Positions 55,294-64,000 of a stretch of DNA of 64,000 bases are shown here, piece by piece. The DNA lies in the NCBI GenBank assembly GCA_951406725.2, contig OX597828.1, positions 53,072,001 to 53,136,000 of the forward strand, read 5' to 3'. The position numbers and the translations under genes are program-made. Under the pieces are notes generated by a model that worked only from the letters and a program-made list of their open reading frames with translations, was not told the origin of the DNA and did not search any database. This stretch comes from Octopus vulgaris (taxonomy: Eukaryota). Each line of letters opens with the position of its first letter. Positions within the stretch are counted from its first letter, which is position 1.

Positions 55294-56407
55294 ATATATA
55301 GATAGATAGATTGATAGATAATTGAATATATAAATATAAGCCCACACACACACACATATGTGTATATAAACATACACATATATTTGCATACATATATACA
55401 CGTATATATTTGCATATATGTATTTACCTGTTTTCATGTGCATATATATTTGTGTGTGTGTATATATATTTATATATACATGGAAGCAAAAATAGATATA
55501 TATATATTTGCATATATATATATATAAATATGTATACATATGCATTATATATTTGTATGTATGTACGTATGTATGTATATATCTCTCTATCAATTTTTCT
55601 GTCTCTCTTCCTCTTACTCTCCCTCTATCTATCCATCTATATCCCTACCTATTTATCTATCTGTCTGTCTACTTATCAATACCGTTACTCATTGTGCGTT
55701 TTTTCACTTAAACGAGAAAGAAGACGAAAAGTAAAAAAGAATGAACTGGGGAATTGAGAAAGGAAAAGAAAAATAAGAGATGAGAGAGAGAGAGAGTTTT
55801 AAAGAGAGTTTGTGTCAGTAATTTGTTGATTTTGGCCCAAATTCCTTTGGCAAATATTCCATTTCTTTTCCCAATTTGTTAGTCAAAACGCGATTCCGTT
55901 AAATTTATGTATTTAGTGCCTCTCAACGTTCTGTTCTTCAATGTTTGAGCAAACATTATTATTATTATTATGCTTATGATCTATCATATTATTTTGCCTA
56001 TCCCGACATGTGTTCGCCTGTTACGGATCAAGCAACATTATCTATGGAAGAAAATCGGGACATAATGGAAATTTTTTTTTTATAAGTTCCAGGGCTTTAT
56101 ATTAAATAATTTCGAATATGAAACGAAACTGAGAACATAATTGCAATGTCTACCTCTATGTAATAATTTCGAGGGTAATGCTAGAAACAGCTTCAATTAT
56201 GGAACGATACAACAGGAAAAAAAGCTTTAATCTTTAATATTTTAAAACTATGTAAGGAAAGATACATAAATTTATGTACCAAAACAGAAATAGAAATACG
56301 TATAGAAAGAATTTCATTGAGTCCAAGTAGTTTTATTCAGCCCTTGATGATAATAATAATAATAATAATAATAATGATAATAATAATGATAATAATGATG
56401 ATAATAA

Positions 56408-56615
56408 TGCTTTCAAATTTGGCACATGGCCAGCAAGTTCGGGAGGAGGGGATAGGTGGATAACATCGACCCTCAGTGCTCAACTGGTACTTATTTGTTT
56501 TATCGATCACAAGGGTGAAAAGCAAAGTCGACCTGGGTGGAATTTGAACTCAGAACGCAAAGACGGACAAAATGTCGCTTAGCATTTTGCCTTCCCTGCT
56601 AACATTTCTGCCAGC
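56408..56615 (-). mobile_element. SINE family A copy
   Basis: caactggtacttattt...gcaaagtcgacctgggtggaatttgaactcagaacg. Confidence 0.8.
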
Positions 56616-56667
<52 letters not shown>

Positions 56668-56780
56668 GTGCTGTTTGGTTGTCGCTATTTTCTGAGTTTA
56701 AATTCCGCCGAGATCGACTTTGCTTTCATCCTTCGCGGTCGATGTAATCGACAAGCTCCCACCCCAAAATTTCAGAAAAT
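56668..56780 (+). mobile_element. SINE family A partial copy, inverted relative to 56408-56615
   Basis: ttctgagtttaaattccgccgagatcgactttgctttcatccttcgcggtcgat. Confidence 0.75.
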
Positions 56781-56814
56781 GAGCAAAAACCAGTATTATG
56801 ATGATAATAATAAT

Positions 56815-57245
56815 GCCTAGGCTAATCGACCTGACAATCATTAAAGAAGGGCAGAAAATACATGTAGACATAGATGTAGGTGTTCCCACTGATATAAACA
56901 TATCTGTAAAGGTATTTGACAAATGAAGTAAATTGAAATACAAATGATGTGGTATCTTGAAGCAAGAACTGTTCCTGCTATGTTAGGTGCCCCATGTATG
57001 ATATAAAGGGATGTCAGAAACATCTAGACAACATCCCAGAAGAACCATGTCTCAGAGAAATCAAAAAAATTGTGCTCACAAGTACTACCCACATCCTTAG
57101 AAAAACCCTATCAATTTAAATGTCTATTCGCTACTACCACTTTCACTTTCGCTCCCCAATCAGTAACATCTCTTATTCTTCATTTGCCCTAGGACGCTGG
57201 GTGTGTCTCGGCAAGTAATTGTAACAAACATTCAGATTAAAAATA
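56815..57245 (+). mobile_element. 3' fragment of an R4/Dong-clade non-LTR retrotransposon (restriction-like endonuclease domain) in a (TAA)n site
   Basis: Degraded reading ANRPD/II..IDVGVPTDINISVKVFDK*SK/EIQMMWYLEARTVPAMLGAPCMI/KHLDNIPEEPCLREIKKIVLTSTTHILRKTLSI*, i.e. PD..D RLE motif and HILR..L terminus. TAA repeats flank both sides, the known Dong target. Confidence 0.8.
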
Positions 57246-57261
57246 AATAATAATAATAATA

Positions 57262-57297
<36 letters not shown>

Positions 57298-58421
57298 GCT
57301 CAAACAGTGAAGAACTAGATGTTATTAGACATTAAACGCAGAATAACTGGAATTTTGTTTTAAGAACAAATCCGAAAAACGAATGGAATGGCAAATCTGA
57401 AAAAAACGAACGTATTTCAAATGCCTGAACAGAATGTTCAATTTTCATCGAGGCCGACTTTTACCATCCATTCTCCTGGGCATAATTAGCAAAAGTGGTT
57501 TAAAAACAAAAGAAAAAAGACCAGTCAAATACCGGGGTCGATTTAAACAACTCTACTCCCCCTTCTACCCCTCAATATATATGTGAACTTGTGTCTGACG
57601 AAATTTACTTCAATTCACAGAGACATTGCCATTATTATAACTATCATTATTGTTTTCATTTTCATAGTTATTTGTTGTTGTTGCTATTATTATTATTATA
57701 ATTATTATTATTATTATTATTTTGCTCGTGTTATCATCATCATTTTTATTTATTTTGCTGTTGTAATAACGTATTATTTTCTTTATATATTTTACATCCA
57801 AACGTGTGTAGTTGATGTACTCGTATATGTGTACAGGCATCTCTGCTTTTATATGTATGTGTATGTGTTTGTTCGTAACAATCTGTGTACACATTATCAC
57901 CATCAACATCATCATATTATTTTGGGCTTTGTTTACCTTTTTTGTTGTTTTATTTTGTTCATTTTGATTTTGATATTATTTTGATTTCCACTTTATCTGT
58001 CTCTGTCACACTTTTCTCTCACTCTCCCTCTCTCTCTCTTTTCTGTCGTACACACAGGTATAAATATACACATACATACATACACTCCCAAATACACACA
58101 AGTAAAATATAAATAGGATCACTAATACGTACATACATACATATATATGCATGCATGCACACATACATGCATTTTCGTTAAGGTAGGATCAATAAAAGAA
58201 GAACTCTAGAGATAAATACCATTTAATGTACACGGTATTTAAAATAAGAGAAACTAAAAGCTTTTTGCGAAGAGGCACTAAGACTAGGCAGATTTATATA
58301 ACATGATAATATATATATATATAAAATAATAATAATAATAATATGAGGGAATATTATTCCAAACTTACAAGGAAAAATTCAATTTAGAAACGCTAAATCA
58401 AATTTCACAAGATATAATATA

Positions 58422-58573
58422 TATATATAAATTAGAAAAAAACCACCTTTCATCAATTTAATAATGAAAAATTAAATTATACCATCCAGAAAATTACATA
58501 ATTTTCTGCATGGTATAATTTAATTTTTCATTATTGAATTGATGAAAGGTTGTTTTTTTCTAATTTATATATA
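58422..58573. repeat. Near-perfect AT-rich palindrome, 75-bp arms, 2-nt centre
   Basis: aattagaaaaaaaccacctttcatcaatttaataatgaaaaattaaattataccatccagaaaatta-ca-taattttctgcatggtataatttaatttttcattattgaattgatgaaaggttgtttttttctaatt. Confidence 0.9.
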
Positions 58574-58790
58574 ATAGCAATAATTATAACGATAGAGAAT
58601 ATAGAAACTGGTACATCCTCAAAATTTATTTCCCTTTATCTTACAATGTCATATAGATTATTTTTATGCTTACGACGACCTATACGTGTTTCCACTGCAC
58701 AAAGTATGGGCAGTTATACATGCAACCGGGCATAATTTTCTATGCAGCTTCGTTCAAGGTCTTTCAACCAGCATGGCTCGAAGCGACAGT

Positions 58791-58821
58791 GAGTGGTAAC
58801 CGGTGAAGCATGTCAGTACAG

Positions 58822-58877
<56 letters not shown>

Positions 58878-58908
58878 CTGTACCAGTATGCTTGACCTGT
58901 TACTATTC
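58791..58908. repeat. Inverted repeat centred on a (TA)n tract
   Basis: gagtggtaaccggtgaagcatgtcagtacagtca-(ta)n-tgactgtaccagtatgcttgacctgttactattc. Confidence 0.8.
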
Positions 58909-59025
58909 CCTTTAGAGTTCGGTAATTGATTCCATATTAAACTTTCATATTTTCCATACTATGAGAAACACACAATATACACACACGCAGCAGATATATG
59001 CACAGACACACACACACACACACAC

Positions 59026-59067
<42 letters not shown>

Positions 59068-59391
59068 CCTCTGTACACCCCTTGGGATGGATGCTACTCT
59101 AGTAATATAACCGAGTTCTTGTATTAGTCTGACAATATTATAACCAAATGTTTTTAGACACATATGTAGAACTTTGAGAGGTGTGTATATGTAGGAGTGT
59201 CAGCTTCAGGTCATGGGACTGTCTTTTAGTGGTTCACTTAAAAGAAATAGGTTGAAGAAGGTTTTGGTCAGTCGGTGCGTCATTAGCTTTAGTTACTTGG
59301 GGTTTTGTTCGATTCAATGCTTGATGATATAAAGTTCAAAGTACATACATATATACACACATATATATATTTGTGAGTGTGTACATGCATG

Positions 59392-59425
<34 letters not shown>

Positions 59426-59428
59426 GAT

Positions 59429-59487
<59 letters not shown>

Positions 59488-59791
59488 CACACACAAACAC
59501 ATACATATACATGCATAAAAGCATATATCTTACTTCACCCATTGTATATGTGTTTGTAGAAATATATATTCATATTTGCATATCTCTACTCATTTTCACA
59601 TAGATATATAGAGAGACACACATATATAACCCACACACACACACACGAACACAAACACAAAAACACTTACACTCATACAATTACGCAGGCATATTGCTGT
59701 TTTTCCTCTTTCTTTCATTCTCTCTTATTTTTTTCTCTCTGTATAAATATTTATAGCTATATTTTTTTTCTTTCTCTCTATCACACAACAG

Positions 59792-59968
59792 CTGTCCAGC
59801 TCGTATGATAGCGTGGAGTCTGAACACCTTTCACAGCAAGGAGAGAGCATGATCCCGTCATACCTGGGTACACCATTATCTATTGACGACCTATCTCGAC
59901 ATCCTAGCTCGATGTCTTCTGATTTTGGCGGTTCGCCATCGGAACTGTCTAGCCCAATTAGCCAGTGA
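59792..59968 (+). CDS. Isl1: Islet gene, probable terminal coding exon
   Basis: Long polypyrimidine tract then acaacag acceptor (AG 59790-59791), phase 0. Reads [58 protein letters not shown] with TGA at 59966-59968. The SMSS...SPI ending mirrors vertebrate ISL1 [20 protein letters not shown]. It is a non-repetitive island among microsatellites and is missed by the ORF track. Confidence 0.85.
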   Translation: MSSSYDSVESEHLSQQGESMIPSYLGTPLSIDDLSRHPSSMSSDFGGSPSELSSPISQ

Positions 59969-60063
59969 CACCTATTTGTACATAATGCAGACAGCCATAC
60001 ATGCGTATAAATATGGATATATACGTTCGTGTATATATATACATATATACATGTTCTGTGTTC

Positions 60064-60132
<69 letters not shown>

Positions 60133-60780
60133 CATACATATATATATATATGGACACGCGCACACATAATCACATGATACATACATACAAATACAGACTT
60201 ATCAATATGTATATTTGCATACAAGAAAAAAATAACTATAAGCATCAATATATGCATATATATGCATATATATATATACATATATATATATATTTATATA
60301 TATATATATGAGAATTAAAAAACCATTAACATACATTTGTGAGTGTATGCAATGAAATTACTCAATTCTACTGCAGGTACAGTAAAAGAGCAGAGAAAAT
60401 GAATATAAATAACAATAAATATATACATACATATTACGAATGACTTTGAAGAGATGAAAGAGAAACTCGGAAGTATGGACCTTAAAAGTATAGGCAAAAT
60501 ATTTAACAAAAATCTATTTAAAAACACTTAAACAATAAAATGAAATTCCACTAAAAAAAGACAAAATAATAAAAAGCTATGGCCACAATTACAATAATTT
60601 CTTATTCTAAAATTCTTCCATAAACGTGAAGCGTTTGATTTTTTTTTTTCCCTTTCTTTTATTTGTGTTTTATTTTATCTATTTATTTGTTTTTGCACAC
60701 ATGAAACGATAAAAATCCAGGAGAAATGGAAAAGTGATTAGTGAATAAAAGGTAAATATAACTCAGTCCAATAAATGGAA
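59969..60780 (+). other. Probable Islet 3' UTR with candidate AATAAA polyadenylation signals
   Basis: Follows the stop codon. AATAAA hexamers occur near 60414, 60534, 60568, 60744 and 60770. The site actually used cannot be determined in such AT-rich DNA. Confidence 0.4.
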
Positions 60781-61212
60781 TACAATATTTTGCTGTAATG
60801 AGAAAGAGAAGTGTTATGTTTCGGGCAGGGCGAATATTTCGCTGATGAAAAGCTTTGAATGAAGCGACATATCACTTTTCTTTCTTACGTTAAATTTACT
60901 TATATTCCATTGAGCGTTTTTCTCTAGTGTTGTAAGGAGGTCTTGATCTCAACGCAGTGGTCAGCAAAATGGTCGGAGTTTAATTGACGTTCATGCCCAT
61001 CTGATGGCTATCTTAATCTTATAATTAAAAACCTTCTTACTCGTTGTTTCATATGTATATTTTAATTAATTCAAACTAATTTATCCAAATAACTGTAATC
61101 GTCGGAGTGGTTATTGACTTAGCTAAGTATAAACGATTGGTGTGGTGTTATACATCCATTTACAACAAGCTCACACACTCTCACTGCTTAAAACATTCCC
61201 ATATGTTGGATG

Positions 61213-61254
<42 letters not shown>

Positions 61255-62126
61255 GCTACTATTTTACTATCACCACAAGCACCACCAACACCAACAACAA
61301 CAATAACAATAACAACGGCTAAAGGAACCATAATATAATGGATAAGTCAATGACTTTCTACAGTTGTAAGAAATAACAGCCTAATCTCTCAGCAAAAAAC
61401 TATAGGACTTATTGTATAGCAATCTTCAGTAGTCTTATTCCTGAAAATGATCAGTGATGGTCGTGGTTAAAATATCTTTGATAACTGATGTGCTTGTTCA
61501 GGCATGACTGACCTAGGGTTAAACAACAGCAACCGTCACTTCAGCAACACAGCCAATTCTAAAGCTGCACGATCATCATCGATGTCATCATCACCATTAT
61601 CATAGTCATCTTCATAATTGTTGAGATCATCATCATCATCATCTTCATCATCATCACCAAACTCAATTTCATCGTCATCCTCTTCATTGACGTCAACATC
61701 ATTATCATCAACAAGAACGATATTAGTAAAACCGACACAATTTATAATGGAATTAGGAAAACAACATAGGCAAGACCAGACAACAGAAACTTCTAGAATA
61801 ACAACTACAACAGCAGCAACAATCAACATCATCGTCGTCGTCATCATCATCATCGTCATCCCCATTATCATCATTTCACAATCGCATCGCTGCTACCACC
61901 GCTGTCATCCTCCTCCCTCACCGCCACCCTCATCATGAACAGGATGATTTTAGCAAACCTTTGAAAATGTCGGTCACAACTATAATAACAAACACGCTAA
62001 AAAAAAGTCTTTGCAGCCCTTATCTACCTTTCTTTAGCTTTAATTTCATTTCTCTACTCCGCGTACCACTCATATGTATAATAAATGTAATTCTCCCTCT
62101 CTCTATTTCTCTCCCTCTCTCCCCCT

Positions 62127-62160
<34 letters not shown>

Positions 62161-62339
62161 CTATCTATATCTATATATATATATATAGATGAGTGTATAT
62201 ATATATATATCTTGTTGATAAGTTGATACTTGTCGCTACTTCTACTACTACTACTACTACTACTACAGTTAATACTACTACTACTACAACTACAGTTAAT
62301 ACTACTGCTTCTACTACTACAACTACTACATTGACTGCC

Positions 62340-62560
62340 TATAGATCCTCTCTTGAATACAGATCCTGCTTCTTTACTTCTCATACTGAAAAACATTCGA
62401 ATATAGTACTAACCACGGAAGAACGAACTTGGGACCAGTCCAGCTGGACGACCTCTGGTATGGCCGCTAGAGAATATACAGGTGGAGAGTGGACACTGGA
62501 GGAAATCGAACATCTTAGGTGAGATGTATCAAATCATCCTGGATAATCCATTCTCCATCG
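62340..62560 (+). mobile_element. Possible highly degraded LINE ORF2 fragment
   Basis: YRSSLEYRSCFFTSHTEKHSN and a later MYQII weakly resemble the RP.LEY...W.PH....I and MYKII motifs of CR1/L2-type RT C-termini. Confidence 0.3.
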
Positions 62561-63821
62561 GAAATGACCGGTATGTTTGGTCATAAGTCGGAGAGTCACA
62601 GTACACAGGTAACATTGCACCTGTAGCCCATCTGAATTCCTTGTTACAATGGAGATATCCTTGTTAGGACTGGCCTGTGGCTGTACAACAATAACAATTA
62701 TAATTGAAATAACTAAAAATGTCAAAAGACGATAAGTAGTTTGCCAAAGAATCGCGCTGATGATCCGGTCCTCAGTTGGAGTTGAAATTAATTTACTTGC
62801 ATCATTCGAAACCACGGAGAAAGGCATGAACGTCACAAACGCCCATCAACCCTCTTTTATATAAATAATAATAATAATAATAATAATAAATATTAATAAT
62901 GACGATGAGACGACCATTGCAACTAAAGAACTGTTTGATGATTGTATGAATCAGAGTGACAGACATAGTACGCTGGCTGAAAGCTAAAAGCCGATTGTGG
63001 TGAGAGAATTCTTTGAAATAAAACTTTCTTTTGTAATGCTTTCGCAATCTTGTGAAATTGCAAACCTCCCAAAGCTGGTTTCGCATGTTGTCTTTCTGGG
63101 ATTGCTTGGAAAAAAAAGGGAATCGAGATCAGTAAGAAATGGTAACGACTATCATAGAATGAATATTCAAGACAAAAAGCAGAAGAATTAACGAAAAGTT
63201 AGTACCTGCGGGAACGGAAGCATATGTATGTATCTATATACTTTAGATCATTCAATGAATACTTTATTCAAAAGAAATTCCTTGTGTGAACTCACCGAAC
63301 GAAGAACGAATCTTCATACTGTGACACAAACTCATACATTTATACACAGAGATATACAGACGCATATATGCACATATATGTATGTAAATATAGGGGAAAA
63401 AACCGACCCGACACGTTTCTGTATACACATATATGTATATGCATGCCAATATACATTTCCTGACGTATATACGCGTACATCTTTGGAGATTAAAGCCCTA
63501 ATTCCGGTCAGCTGGAAAGTCTTCGCATTGTTTATCTCTGTATGAAACAAAAGTGTTTCTTTCATTTTAACTAATCTTTGTTTTTTACAAGTTTTTAAAA
63601 TCTTAATTTACTCCCAATCCCACTCCGAAATTCCATCAATTTACATAGGCTCACCTTCTACCATCACTATCCTTCTCTCTTATATCCCTCTTTCCCCCTC
63701 TCTCTCTCTCACCATCAAACACAACTGTTGCTACCACTAATATTACTGCTGCTGCTGCTACTACTGCTACTACAACTATTACACACATGAGAAATTACGA
63801 TAAACACTAATTTATATTATT

Positions 63822-63913
63822 AGTTCCTACGTACGTTTCGCTTTTATTGTTGATTATATCCCTGCATTAGAAGTTCCAAGTGCATTTGTATGCCAATGAA
63901 TCATCAGGAAACT
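63822..63913 (-). ncRNA. Hammerhead ribozyme-like motif, canonical core, damaged stem II base
   Basis: Minus strand: aguuuc-CUGAUGA-uucauug...caauaaaagc-GAA-ACGUACGU-A-ggaacu. Stem I is 6 bp, stem III is palindromic, and the triplet is GUA. Confidence 0.5.
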
Positions 63914-64000
63914 TTTTATTACATCAGCTCTTTGTAACTTGACTCATAGTACTTTCTGATGATCTGTTCTGGTTAATCATCTAAATACATTTGTTATATC

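Noticed and set aside
59725-60186. 153-aa minus-strand ORF
   Set aside because: It is the antisense shadow of the Islet terminal exon plus (TA)n.
60842-60875. ctgatgaaaagctttgaatgaagcgacatatc, a hammerhead-like string
   Set aside because: It has GACA instead of GAAA and no stem I pairing.

Overview
Eukaryotic, AT-rich, microsatellite-saturated genomic DNA. The tRNA-derived SINE families, the abundant simple repeats and the lophotrochozoan-looking Islet protein suggest an octopus (coleoid cephalopod) genome; this is inference. The only real protein-coding gene is the 3' part of a + strand Islet (ISL1/2-type LIM-homeodomain) gene. It has four exons that join in frame: LIM2 25104-25444, homeodomain 29036-29322, Lhx3-binding region 51984-52163 and terminal exon 59792-59968. 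I could not find the LIM1 or first exons, so they probably lie upstream of the window. Almost all ORFs in the supplied track are microsatellite artefacts. The introns hold three SINE families, 3' fragments of RTE, CR1-like and R4/Dong LINEs, mariner and hAT MITEs, and several palindromes. The most notable observation is a set of minimal type I hammerhead-ribozyme-like motifs of the Penelope-element kind. One has the C3-G8 core pair swapped to G3-C8 and occurs twice, as the arms of a perfect 60-bp inverted repeat (16824-16965). A second, multi-copy family carries an A6U core change. Also seen: SINE tails that match LINE-like 3' ends in the same window, a head-to-tail SINE multimer with a fixed internal 5' end, and an RTE fragment nested behind a SINE Pol III head. 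All calls are by eye; no database search or folding program was run.
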